In this document: piece after piece, positions 1 through 12,158 of the stretch | How positions within the stretch are numbered: position 1 is the first letter of the stretch | Layout of the letters: each line of letters begins with the position of its first letter | Assembly: GCA_038087875.1 (NCBI GenBank) | Contig: CM075990.1 | Location: 18,044,001 to 18,108,000 of the forward strand | Direction: 5' to 3' | DNA: 64,000 nt | Source of the DNA: Malacoraja senta | Lineage: Eukaryota | The notes under the pieces: generated by a model | The model's database searches: none | What the model was told of the DNA's origin: nothing | Seen by the model: the letters and a program-made list of their open reading frames with translations, nothing else | Made by a program: the position numbers and the translations under genes

Positions 1-792
1 CTTTCTTCACTGCCTGCTGCACCTGCATGCCTACTCTCAATGACTGGTGTACCATGACACCCAGGTCTCGTTGCATCTCTCCTTTTCCTAATCGGCCACC
101 ATTCAGATAATAGTCTACTTTCCTGTTTTTGCCACCAAAATGGATAACCTCACATTTATCCACATTATACTGCATCTGCCATGCATTTGCCCACTCACCC
201 AGCCTATCCAAGTCACCTTGCAGCCTCCTAGCATCCTCCTCACAGCTAACACTGCCCCCCAGCTTCGTGTCATTCGCAAACTTGGAGATGTTGCATTCAA
301 TTCCCTCGTCCAAATCATTAATATATATTGTAATTAGCTGGGGTCCCAGCACTGAGCCTTGCGGTACCCTACTAGTCACTGCCTGCCATTCTGAAAAGGA
401 CCCGTTTACTCCTACTCTTTACTTCCTGTCTGCCAGCCAGTTCTCTATCCAAATCAATACTGAACCCCCAATCTCGGTCCTAAAGGATTTCCCCCTAATC
501 CTTAAACTGTGACCCCTTGTTTTGGACTTCCCCATTTACTCCTACTCTTTGCTTCCTGTTTGCCAGCCAGTTCTCTATCCACATCAATACTGAACCCCCA
601 ATACCATGTGCTTTAGGTTTGTATACTAATCTCTTATGTGGGACCTTGTCGAAAGCCTTCTGAAAGTCCAGATACAACACATCCACTGGTTCTCCCCTAT
701 CCACTCTACAAGTTACATCCTCGGAAAATTCTATAAGATTCGTCAGACATGATTTACCTTTCGTAAATCCATGCTGACTTTGTCCAATGATT

Positions 793-2661
793 TCACCACT
801 TTTCCAAATGTGCTGCTATCCCATCTTTAATAACTGACTCTAGCAGTTTCCCCACTACCGATGTTAGACTAACTGGTCTGTAATTCCCCGTTTTCTCTCT
901 CCCTCCCTTCTTAAAAAGTGGGGTTACGTTTGCTACCCTCCAATCCTCAGGAACTACTCCAGAATCTAAAGAGTTTTGAAATATTATCACTAATGCATCC
1001 ACTATTTCTGGAGCTACTTCCTTAAGTACTCTGGGATGCAGCCTATCTGGCCGTGGTGATTTATCGGCCTTTAATCCATTCAATTTACCCAACACCAGTT
1101 CCCGACTAACCTGGATTTCACTCAGTTCCTCCATCTTCTTTGACCCGCGGTCCCCTGCTATTTCCGGCAGATTATTTATGTCTTCCTCAGTGAAGACAGA
1201 ACCAAAGTAGTTATTCAATTGGACTGCCATGTCCTTGTTCCCCATGATCAATTCACCTGTTTCTGACTGCAAGGGACCTACATTTGTTTTAACTAATCTT
1301 TTTCTCTTCACATACCTATAAAAGCTTTTGCAGTCAGTTTTTATGTTCCCTGCCAGTTTTCTTTCATAATCTATTTTCCCTTTCCTAATTAAGCCCTTTG
1401 TCCTCCTCTGCTGGACTCTGAATTTCTCCCAGTCCTCTGGTAGGCTGCTTTTGCTGGCTAATTTGTACGCTTCATCTTTTGTTTTGATACTATCCCTGAT
1501 TTCCTTTATCCATGGATGCACTACCTTCCCTGATTTATTTTTTTGCCAAACTGGGATGAACAATTGTTGTAGTTCATCCATGCAGTCTTGAAATGCCTTC
1601 CTTTGCATATGTACCGTCAACCCATTAAGAATCAATTGCCAGTCTATCTTGGCCAATTCACTTCTCATACCCTCAAAGTTACCTTTCTTTAAGTTCAGGA
1701 CCCTTGTTTCTGAATTAACAATGTCACTCTCCATCCTAATGAAGAACTCAACCATATTATGGTCACTCTTGCCCAAGGGGCCACGCACAACAAGACTGCT
1801 AACTAACCCTTCCTCATTACTCAATACCCAATCTAGAATAGCCTGCTCTCTCGTTGGTTCCTCTACATGTTGGTTTAGAAAACTATCCCGCATACATTCC
1901 AAGAAATCCTCTTCCTCAGCACCCTTGCCAATTTGATTCACCCAATCTATATGTAGATTGAAGTCACCCATTATAACTGTTTTACCTTTGTTGCACGCAT
2001 TTGTAATTTCCTGTTTGATGCCATCCCCAACTCCACTACAACTGTTAGGTGGCCTGTACACAACTCCCACTAGCGTTTTCTGCCCCTTAGTGTTTCGCAG
2101 CTCTACCCATATCGATTCCACATCCTCCAAGCTAATGTCCTTCCTTTCTATTGCGTTAATCTGCTCTCTAACCAGCAACGCTACCCCACCTCCTTTCCAT
2201 TTCTGTCTATCCCTCCTGAATATTGAATATCCCTGGATGTTCAGCTCCCAGCCTTGGTTACCCTGGAGCCATGTCTCCGTGATCCCAACTATATCATAGT
2301 CATTAATATCTATCTGCACATTCAACTCATCCACCTTATTACGAATGCTCCTTGCATTGAGACACAAAGCCTTCAGGCTTGTTTTTACAACACTCTTACC
2401 CCTTATACAATTATGTTGAAAAGTGGCCCTTTTTGACTTTTGCCCTGGATTTGTCTGCCTGCCACTTTTACTTTTCACCTTGCTAACTATTGCTTCTACC
2501 CTCATTTTACACCCCTCTGTCTCTACGCTCACACATTTAAGAAACCCTTTCCCTTTAACTCCATCCTCAACTATCCCATTCGACACCCCACCCCCCTTAT
2601 TCAGTTTAAAACTACTCATGTAGCAGTGACAAACCTGCCTGCCAGAATGCTGGTCCCCCAC
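793..2661 (-). pseudogene. CR1 ORF2 N-terminal part (APE endonuclease + start of RT); frame broken near 793, RT continues in other frames
   Basis: 622-aa ORF with APE motifs; RT continuation in ORF 495..704 and beyond. Confidence 0.9.
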
Positions 2662-3527
2662 CTGTTAAGATGCAATCCGTCCCTTTTGTACAGTTCCCTT
2701 TTACACCAAAACAGATCCCAGTGATCTAAGAATCTAAATCCCTGCCCCGTGCACCAGTTCCTCAGCCACACATTCAGGTCCCGTATCTCCCTGTTCCTGC
2801 TCTCGCCAGCACGAGGTACTGGAAGCAAACCGTAGATAACAACCCTGGAGGTCCTGCTTTTCAGCATTTTTCCGAGCTCTCTAAAGTCACGCTGCAGAAT
2901 ATTCATCCCCTTCTTTCCGACATCGTTTGTGCCGACATGCACTACCACTTCCGGCTGTTCACCTTCGCCCTTGAGGATTTTCTGCACTCTGTCCGTGACA
3001 TCCTGGATCCTGGCACCAGGAAGGCAGCACACCATCCTCGAATCCCGTCTGTTGCCGCAGAAACCCCTGTCCGTACCTCTCACAATGGAGTCTCCCACTA
3101 CAATGGCGTCGCCTGACTTTGGCCTTTTTGGTTTTGGCTCAACAGCCCTATTCGCATCGCAAGCCAGTCTGCCGCTCAGTGTTAAAACGTCTTCTGTCCC
3201 GACAGCTTCTAAGTGGGTGAACCTGTTCACAAGAGGTACAACACCCGGGGACGTTGGCATTCCATGCTTCCCTCCCTTTCTCACTGTCTCCCACCTTCTC
3301 TCTTCCAGTACCTTAGGTGTAACAATATTACTGTAGGACTTGTCGAGGAATGACTCCGTTTCTCGGACAAACCTGAGGTCATCCACTTGCTTCTCCAGTT
3401 CCCCAACACGGTCCTTCAGGAGCTGTACCTGGATGCACTTGTCAGATTTGTAGCAGCCAGAGGCACCAGCAGTGTCATTGACCTCCCATATACTGCAAGC
3501 ATCACACTGAATCAGCTTGCCTGACAT
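2616..3527 (-). CDS. CR1 ORF1p: Cys-rich N-terminus, coiled coil, SGNH/GDSL esterase domain
   Basis: Open 303-aa ORF with CDAC...DKC, heptad LKDRVGELEKQVDDL, GDSIVR, CLPGA, HVGTND, DGLHLN. Confidence 0.9.
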   Translation of the reverse strand: MSGKLIQCDACSIWEVNDTAGASGCYKSDKCIQVQLLKDRVGELEKQVDDLRFVRETESFLDKSYSNIVTPKVLEERRWETVRKGGKHGMPTSPGVVPLVNRFTHLEAVGTEDVLTLSGRLACDANRAVEPKPKRPKSGDAIVVGDSIVRGTDRGFCGNRRDSRMVCCLPGARIQDVTDRVQKILKGEGEQPEVVVHVGTNDVGKKGMNILQRDFRELGKMLKSRTSRVVIYGLLPVPRAGESRNREIRDLNVWLRNWCTGQGFRFLDHWDLFWCKRELYKRDGLHLNRWGTSILAGRFVTAT

Positions 3528-3789
3528 CTCCTTCTTTCGTCTCTCCCTCTGCAGTGTTTTGCGTAGCCTCCTCTCCTCAGCCTCCTCGCCGAAGACTCTC
3601 GAGCCAAAGACTCACACTTTTCTCACAGGGCACTTCCCTCACAAGGCCGCTCCCTCACTGCTGCTCCCTAAGAGCAGTCTTGCTTATATTGACTGATAAA
3701 TTGCCTAATTTACCAATTTACAATCCAAATTCCTCAGTTTTCAACTGTTTTCCCCGCTTTGACTCACTTCTCTCCTCCCTCTCCTCTGA

Positions 3790-4008
3790 CTGGTGGAACT
3801 TGTTCTCACCCTCAACAACTCTTTTGACCACTCTTGCTTTCTTCAAGATAAAGCTGTATCCACATGGGCCCCAGCTATGCCTGCTTTTTTGTTGAACAGT
3901 CTTTGTTCAAAATGTACATTAGCACCTTCCCTCAACTCTTTCTCCACTACACCAATGCCTGCATCCATGCTACTCCTGCATCCATGCAGAACTTGTGGAT
4001 TTCATTGG
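3790..4008 (+). mobile_element. Decayed Penelope-like RT fragment
   Basis: ELVLTLNNSFDHSCFLQ matches ELVLTLNNFSFDSSHFLQ of the PLE at 50552-51412. Confidence 0.75.
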
Positions 4009-4157
4009 TAGGTTAGTACTTTTAATTGGTTTGGTATATTGTAAATTGTCCCTAGTATGTGTAGGATAGTGTAGTGTGCAGGGATCGCTGGTCGACGCGG
4101 GCTCGGTGGGCCAAAGGGTCTCTTTCTGCACTGTATCTCTTTAAATTCTAAACTCTA
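4009..4157 (+). mobile_element. HE1-like V-SINE, 3' part
   Basis: gtaaattgtccctagt...ggtgggccaaagggtc...ctgtatctct, homologous to the SINE at 59366. Confidence 0.75.
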
Positions 4158-4173
4158 CTTTCCTCAAATGCAC

Positions 4174-4345
4174 AATTGGACGGGCCTGCAGTGCAGCAGG
4201 TCACCACACGGTGGGGGTGTTGACCACAAATTGGACGGGCCTGCAGGGCGGCGGATCACCACACGGTGGGAGTATTGACCACAAATTGGATGGGCCTGCA
4301 GTGCGGCAGATCACCACACGGTGGAAGTGTTGACCACAAATTGGA
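4174..4345 (-). repeat. 55-bp minisatellite (~3 units), inverted relative to the copies at 13728 and 21862
   Basis: Reverse complement of unit caggcccgtccaatttgtggtcaacactcccaccgtgtggtgatccgccgcactg. Confidence 0.9.
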
Positions 4346-4529
4346 GCGACCTGTTATGTGAATATACTGCACATTGGGAGCGCTGTCTACAAATTAGATA
4401 TTGTGCTCTCTACTGCAAAATGGTTATTTATTGCTCTGTGACCCTTTACCTTTCCCCGTAATGCACCCATTGCCCAAATGCCAAACTTAGTAAAAGCCCT
4501 GAAACCAGGGAAGATTTGGGATGAAAATC

Positions 4530-4726
4530 AAGGAACTGCAGGTGCTGGTTGACAAAAAAAGGCACAAAGTGCTGGAGTAACTCAGCCGGTCAGGCAGCAT
4601 CTGTGAGAACATGGATAGGTGACGTTTCAGAGTGCTGGAGTAACTCAGCGAGTCAGGCAGCATCTGTGGAGAACATGGATAGGTGACGTTTTACAGAGTG
4701 CTGGAGTAACTCAGTGGGTCAGGCAG
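4530..4726 (-). repeat. Tandem ~66-bp units derived from a Penelope pLTR 3' segment
   Basis: agagtgctggagtaactcagcgggtcaggcagcatctgtggagaacatggataggtgacgtttc, ~2.5 copies. Confidence 0.85.
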
Positions 4727-4883
4727 GATGCCCATAGTAAAGAGTACAGGTTTGGCAGGCAACTCAGAGTTCACTGTTTGTGTGCAGAGTTTGATGCCCA
4801 TAGTAAGAGTTACAGCATTGGGCAGCTCATTCAGGGTGTTCACTGTTTGTGTGAAGTGTTGTCTCTGATATAGCTGGCATGTT

Positions 4884-7386
4884 TTAGTAGATATTAGTAG
4901 TAAGCACAAGGTAGTGATTGTGGGAGATTTCAATTTTCCACACATAGACTGGGAAACATTCTGTAAAAGGGCTGGATGGTTTGGAGTTTGTAAAATGTGT
5001 GCAGGATAGTTTTTTGCAGCAATACATAGAGGTACCTACTAGAGAAGGGGCAGTGCTGGACCTCCTGTTAGGAAATGAGATAGGGCAGGTGGCGGAGGTA
5101 TGCGTCGGGGAGCACTTCGGGTCCAGTGATCACAATACCATTAGTTTCAATATAATTATGGAGAGGGTCAGAACTGGACCTAGGGTTGAGATTTTTGATT
5201 GGAGAAAGGCTAACTTTGAGGAGATGTGAAAGGATTTAAAAGGAGTGAATTGGGACATGTTGCTTTATGCGAAGGATGTAGAAGAGAAATGGAGGACATT
5301 TAAGGGTGAAGTACAGAATCTTTATGTCCCTGTTCGGTTGAAAGGAAATAGTAAAAATTGGAAAGAGCCATGGTTTTTAAGGGAAATTGGTCACTTGGTT
5401 TGGAAAAAGAGAGAGATCTACAATAATTATAGGCAGCATGGAGTAAATGAGGTGCTTGAGGAGTATAAAGAATGTAAAAAGAATATTAAGAAAGAAATTA
5501 GAAAAGCTAAAAGAAGATATGAGGTTGCTTTGGCAAGTAAGGTGAAAGTAAATCCAAAGGGTTTTTACAGTTATATTAATAGCAAAAGGATAACCAGGAA
5601 TAAAATTGGTCCATTAGAGAGTCAGAGTGGACAGCTATCTGCAGAGCCAAAAGAGATGGGGGAAGATATTGAACAATTTCTTTTCTTCGGTATTTACCAA
5701 GGAGAAGGATATGGGATTATATGAGGTAAGGGAAACAAGCAGAGTAGCTATGAGATTCAAAGAAGAGGAGGTGCGGACACTTTTGAAAAATATGAAAACG
5801 GATAAGTCTCCAGGTCCTGACAGGATATTCCCTAGGACATTGAGGGAAGTTAGTGTAGAAATAGCAGGGGCTATGACAGAAATATTTCAAATGTCATTAG
5901 AAACGGGAATAGTGCCGGAGGATTGGCGTACTGCGCATGTTGTTCCATTGTTTAAAAAGGGTTCTAAGAATAAACCTAGCAATTATAGACCTGTTAGTTT
6001 GACGTCAGTGGTGGGCAAATTAATGGAAAGGATACTTAAAGATAATATATATAAGCATCTGGATAAGCAGGGTCTGATTAGGAACAGTCAACATGGATTT
6101 GTGCCTGGAAGGTCATACTTGACTAATCTTCTTGAATTTTTCGAAGAGGTAACTAGGGAAATTGATGAGGGTAAAGCAGTGGATGTTGTCTATATGGACT
6201 TCAGTAAGGCCTTTGACAAGGTTCCTCATGGAAGGTTGGTTAAGAAGATTCAATTGTTGGGTATTAATGGTGGAGTAGCAAGATGGATTCAACAGTGGCT
6301 GAATGGGAGATGCCAGAGAGTAATGGTGGATGGCTGTTTGTCAGGTTGGAGGCCGGTGACTAGTGGGGTGCCTCAGGAGTCTGTGTTGGGTCCACTGTTG
6401 TTTGTCATGTACATCAATGATCTGGATGATGGTGTGGAAAATTGGATTAGTAAGTATGCGGATGATACTAAGATAGGTGGTGTTGTGGATAATGAAGTAG
6501 ATTTTCAAAGTCTACAGAGAGATTTAGGCCATTTGGAAGAGTGGGCTGAAAGATGGCAGATGGAGTTTAATGCTGACAAATGTGAGGTGCTACATCTCGG
6601 CAGGACAAATCAAAATAGGACGTACATGGTAAATGGTAGCGAATTGAGGAATGCAGTTGAACAGAGGGATCTAGGAATAACTGTGCATAGTTCCCTGAAG
6701 GTGGAATCTCATGTAGATAGGGTGGTAAAGAAAGCTTTGGGTGTGCTGGCCTTTATAAATCAGAGCATTGAATATAGAAGTTGGGATGTAATGTTAAAAT
6801 TGTACAAGGCATTGGTGAGGCCAATTCTGGAGTATGGAGTACAATTTTGGTCGCCTAATTATAGGAAGGATGTCAACAAAATAGAGAGAGTACAGAGGAG
6901 ATTTACTAGAATGTTGCCTGGGTTTCAGCAACTAAGTTACAGAGAAAGGTTGAACAAGTTAGGTCTTTATTCTTTGGAGCGCAGAAGGTTAAGAGGGGAC
7001 TTGATAGAGGTCTTTAAAATTATGAGCGGGTTAGACAGAATGGACGTGGATAAGCTTTTCCCATTGAGAGTAGGGAAGATTCAAACAAGGGGACATGACT
7101 TGAGAATTAAGGGACAGAAGTTTAGGGGTAACATTAGGGGGAACTTCTTTACTCAGAGAGTGGTAGCTGTGTGGAATGAGCTTCCAGTGGAAGTGGTGGA
7201 GGCAGGTTCGATGTTATCCTTTAAAAATAGATAGGATGGGTATATGGACGGGAAAGGAATGGAGGGTTATGGTCTGAGTGCAGGTAGATGGGACTAGGGG
7301 GAAGTAAAAAAATAAAATAAAAATAAAAAGTGTTCGGCGCGGACTTGAAGGGCCGAGATGGCCTGTTTCCGAGCTGTTATGGTTAT
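4884..7386 (+). mobile_element. 5'-truncated HER1-like (CR1-clade) LINE with 5-bp TSD atgtt
   Basis: APE C-terminus plus RT (YADDTK) in ORFs 4981, 5245, 5627..7234; 3' end gggccgagatggcctgtttcc resembles HE1 SINE tail; atgtt at 4879-4883 and 7387-7391; empty site in paralogue near 13180. Confidence 0.9.
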
Positions 7387-7739
7387 ATGTTGCTGTGCCA
7401 GTTTGATTATGAAAATAGACACATTTGAATTTCACTGTGCCTTAATTGGTACATGTGACGATAAACTGACCTTGAAACATTGGTCACAGCGCGCAAAACC
7501 CAGAGACAGACCCCACGCACCCAATATCTATCCCCCTCACTGTCCCCACCCTGACCAACAGCCCCAGGTACAGGCAGAAACTCACTACTAAATAGAGACA
7601 CAAGTACATCGCAGTGGTCCCAGTTAAACTCCTTCAAGTAGGCCCAGACCACAACTTTAGTGAATAAACCCTAACGCGGGGGAGGGGAAATGTAATCTTT
7701 AAACTAAAGTGGGCCCCAAGCTGAGAGAGGCTGAGCCCA

Positions 7740-7840
7740 ATTAGAGAAAACAATTGTTAATCTTTCCCAAACCTTCATCCACACTGAAGCCCAAGAGAAG
7801 GTTCTAAACAGGGGCCTTACCTTTGTACCAACTCCATAAC
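7740..7840 (+). mobile_element. Penelope-like ORF N-terminal remnant
   Basis: Translates IVNLSQTFIHTEAQEKVLNRGLTFVPTP; related copy at 12126-12746 split by a solo LTR. Confidence 0.65.
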
Positions 7841-8032
7841 CATATTTACATAGACCAAGTTATATACAAAACAAACCAATGTCAGTTCAAATATCTGGAG
7901 AAACACACCATGACAAACCAGATACTACTTTAACTGACAAAGAAATATTTTGAATTAAATGAGACGTACAAGTAAAGGAACAGTAGTGGAGTTTGGCCCA
8001 GTTTATGCAACATTTGGCAGAATGGGGAAGAC

Positions 8033-8186
8033 CGTCACATTTGTCAGCATTAAACTCCATCTGCCATCTTTCAGCCCACTCTTCCAAATGGCCTAAATCT
8101 CTCTGTAGACTTTGAAAATCTACTTCATTATCCACAACACCACCTATCTTAGTATCATCTGCATACTTACTAATCCAATTTTCCAC
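8033..8186 (-). mobile_element. Inverted fragment of HER1-like RT at the 5' end of the CR1 insertion
   Basis: Near-identical reverse complement of 6433-6587 (ENWISKYADDTKIGG...ADKC). Confidence 0.9.
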
Positions 8187-10778
8187 GCAGTGGAAAGGAA
8201 GGACATTAGCTTGGAGGATGTGGAATCGGTATGGGTAGAGCTGCGAAACACTAAGGGGCAGAAAACGCTGGTGGGTGTTGTGTACAGGCCACCTAGCAGT
8301 AGTAGTGAAGTTGGGGATGGCATCAAACAGGAAATTAGAAATGCGTGCAACAAAGACAAAACAGTTATAATGGGTGACTTCAATCTACATATAGATTGGG
8401 TGAATCAAATTGGCAGGGGTGCTGAGGAAGAGGATTTCTTGGAATGTATGCGGGATAGTTATCTAAACCAACATGTGGAGGAACCAACGAGAGAGCAGGC
8501 TATTCTAGACTGGGTATTGAGTAATGAGGAAGGGTTAGTTAGCAGTCTTGTTGTGCGTGCCCCCTTGGGCAAGAGTGACCATAATATGGTTGAGTTCTTC
8601 ATTAGGATGGAGAGTGACATTGTTAATTCAGAAACAACGGTTCTGAACTTAAAGAAAGGTAACTTTGAGGGTATGAGACGTGAATTGGCCAAGATTGACT
8701 GGCAATTAGTTCTAAAAGGGTTGACGGTGGATATGCAATGGAAGGCATTTAAAGACTGCATGGATGAACTACAAAAATTGTTCATCCCAGTTTGGCAAAA
8801 GAATAAATCAGGGAAGGTAGTGCATCCGTGGATAACAAGGGAAATCAGGGATAGTATCAAAGCAAAAGATGATGCGTACAAATTAGCCAGAAAAAGCAGC
8901 ATACCAGAGGACTGGGAGAAATTCAGAGACCAACAGAGGAGGACAAAGGGCTTAATTAGGAAAGGGAAAATAGATTATGAAAGGAAACTGGCAGGGAACA
9001 TAAAAACTGAAAAACATAAAAGGTGGACCAATTGTATAACTACTTTGGTTCCGTCTTCACTAAGGAAGACATAAATAATCTGCCGGAAATAGCAGGGGGC
9101 CGCGGGTCAAAGGAGATGGAGGAACTGAGTGAAATCCAGGTTAGTCGGGAAGTGGTGTTGGGTAAATTGAATGGATTAAAGGCCGATAAATCACCACGGC
9201 CAGATAGGCTGCATCCCAGAGTACTTAAGGAAGTAGCTCCAGAAATAGTGGATGCATTAGTGATAATTTTTCAAAACTCCTTAGATTCTGGAGTAGTTCC
9301 TGAGGATTGGAGGGTAGCAAACGTAACCCCACTTTTTAAGGAGGGAGGGAGAGAGAAAACGAGGAATTACAGACCAGTTAGTCTAACATCGGTAGTGGGG
9401 AAACTGCTAGAGTCAGTTATTAAAGATGGGATAGCAGCACATTTGGAAAGTGGTGAAATCATTGGACAAAGTCAGCATGGATTTACAAAAGGTAAATCGT
9501 GTCTGACGAATCTTATAGAATTTTTCGAGGATGTAACTAGTAGAGTGGATAGGGGAGAACCAGTGGATGTGTTGTATCTGGACTTTCAGAAGGATTTCGA
9601 CAAGGTACCACATAAGAGATTAGGTTACAAACTTAAATCACACGGTATTGGGGGTTCAGTATTGATGTGGATAGAGAACTGGCTGGCAAACAGGAAGCAA
9701 AGAGTAGGAGTAAACGGGTCCTTTTCACAATGGCAGGGAGTGACTAGTGGGGTACCGCAAGGCTCAGTGCTGGGACCCCAGCTATTTACAATTTATATTA
9801 ATGATCTGGACGAGGGAATTGAAAGCAACATCTCCAAGTTTGCGGATGACACTAAGCTGGGGGGCAGTGTTAGCTGTGAGGAGGATGCTAGGAGACTGCA
9901 AGGTGACTTGGATAGGCTGGGTGAGTGGGCAAATGTTTGGCAGATGCAGTATAATGTGGATAAATGTGAGGTTATCCACTTTGGTGGCAAAAACGGGAAG
10001 GCAGACTATTATCTAAATGGTGGCCGATTAGGAAATGGGGAGATGCAGCGAGACCTGGGTGTCATGGTACACCAGTCATTGAAAGTAGGCATGCAGGTGC
10101 AGCAGGCAGTGAAGAAAGCGAATGGTATGTTGGCCTTCATAGCAAGAGGATTTGAGTATAGGAGCAGGGAGGTTCTACTGCAGTTGTACAGGATCTTGGT
10201 GAGACCACACCTGGAGTATTGCGTACAGTTTTGGTCTCCAAATCTGAGGAAGGACATTATAGCCATAGAGGGAGTGCAGAGAAGGTTCACCAGACTGATT
10301 CCTGGGATGTCAGGACTTTCATATGAAGAAAGACTGGATAGACTTGGCTTATACTCGCTAGAATTTAGGAGATTGAGAGGGGATCTTATAGAAACGTACA
10401 AAATTCTTATGGGGTTGGACAGGCTAGATGCAGGAAGATTGTTCCCGATGTTGGGGAAGTCCAGGACAAGGGGTCACAGCTTAAGGATAAGGGGGAAATC
10501 CTTCAGGACCGAGATGAGGAAAAACTTTTTCACACAGAGAGTGGTGAATCTCTGTAACTCTCTGCCACAGAGGGTAGTTGAGGCCAGTTCATTGGCTATA
10601 TTTAAGAGGGAGTTAGATGTGGCCCTTGTGGCTAAGGGGATCAGGGGGTACGGAGAGAAGGCAGGTACGGGATACTGAGTTGGATGATCAGCCATGATCA
10701 TATTGAATGGCGGTGCAGGCTCGAAGGGCCGAATGGCCTACTCCTGCACCTATTTTCTATGTATCTATGTATCTATGT
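8187..10778 (+). mobile_element. 5'-truncated CR1 LINE (APE part + RT + 3' UTR with (CTATGTAT)n tail)
   Basis: ORFs 8112..9074 and 9023..10678 ending GYGEKAGTGY; internal deletion near 9011. Confidence 0.95.
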
Positions 10779-11013
10779 CTAACCCTGGCAGACTCTTCCT
10801 GCATCAGAGGACCCAGTCTTTGGAGATCCTGGGTGGAATCTAACACTAATTGGTCACCCCTTTAGAAAGGAACAGAGGAGATGAAATGGATTCTGGCAAC
10901 AGACACAAGCATACTAAACCAAATATAGATTTAGACCAATTCCAAACAAAGCTACAGTTGGGTGAATGGAAGGGGCAAGATTACTTAATTGTAATGATTT
11001 AAACACAAGTGTC

Positions 11014-11105
11014 TGAAGAAGGGTTTCGGGCCGAAACGTTGCCTATTTACTTCGCTCCATAGATGCTGCTGCACCCGCTGAGTTTCTCCAGCATTTTTGT
11101 GTACC
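11014..11105 (+). mobile_element. Penelope pLTR mini-insertion with hammerhead-like core; TSD tgtc
   Basis: (c)tgaagaagggtttcgggccgaaacgtt...cagcatttttgtgtacc; absent in paralogue near 63620. Confidence 0.8.
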
Positions 11106-11552
11106 TGTCATGAACATTAAACTACTTTTCCTGTAACAGCAGCCAACTAGGATTACTTTAACCAGGGAATGTAACCTGGTCCAAAACAAAGTCCTGGAGG
11201 TACTTGGCAGATCAGGCACCATCTACCCGACCACAAAGGGAATGGACAGATGCTGTAGTTTCCTGTTGGGACCCTTTCAGACTGATGGAGTCGGGCAGAG
11301 AAAGTGGGAAAGAGGTGGGAGCAGGACAAAGCCTGTTATGTGATTAGTGGATACAGGGGAGAGGGTGATGGGTTGTGACATTGGCTAGAGGTGACAAGAA
11401 GACAAAAGGTGCAACAGATGAGAAGAGTGAAATGTAAAGCTGGAGGGAAGGATACGGGTGGAAGGGGATAGAGTGAAATACGAGACTGGTTTGGGAGGTG
11501 AGCATACACAGGGAAGGAGGAGACCAAGGTGTTGAGGGAAGTGTTCACATCA

Positions 11553-11747
11553 GGGTGGGGGTGCAGGGAAAAAGGGGGTTCCCATCACCAAGGTGGGGGG
11601 CGGTGCAGGGAAAGAGGGGGTTCCCATCACCAGGGTAGGGGTGCAGGGAAAGAGGGGGTTCCCATCACCGGGGTGGGGGTGCAGAAGGGGTTCCCATCAC
11701 CAGGGTGGGGGGGGGGGTTCAGGGAAAGAAGGGGTTCCCATCACCAG
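11553..11747 (+). repeat. G-rich ~38-bp minisatellite (~5 units)
   Basis: Unit gggtgggggtgcagggaaagagggggttcccatcacca; inverted paralogue at 62236-62820. Confidence 0.9.
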
Positions 11748-12158
11748 TATGCTGATTTCCCACCTCCATGCCACATTTCCCTTTTATCCCCTCCCATGTC
11801 CCATTCACCCATAAACCTCCCTCTGGCTTCATCTTCCACACCTCTCCCCTTCTTATCCAACATGTTTTTATCACTTTCACCTCTGGCCTTTGTCACTTAT
11901 TCCATCCATCTGCCAATCACCCACCCCCACATGCCAGGCTTTGTCCCACCCCCACTTTCCATCTTTCTCTTCCTACTCCAGTCTGTAGGTTTCCAACCCA
12001 AAATGCCTTCTGTCTATTTCCCCCACAGATGCTGCCTGACCCTCAGAGTTCCTCCAGCACTTCTCCTCAACATTCCAGCACCCTGAAATACAAGGAACGT
12101 GACCACAAAGCAATTAGGAAAAGACATTGTTAATCTTTCTCAAAGATTTATCCCCAAT

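Larger units (their letters stand above)
1..3785 (-). mobile_element. Near full-length CR1-clade LINE (5' UTR, ORF1, ORF2); 3' end runs off the window
   Basis: ORF1 esterase followed by APE endonuclease (LNARSIRNK, GITETW, MGDFN, SDHNMV) and RT motifs ([26 protein letters not shown]). Confidence 0.95.

Noticed and set aside
1649..2724. Plus-strand ORFs overlapping CR1 (and similar ones throughout)
   Set aside because: Antisense shadows of LINE coding sequence
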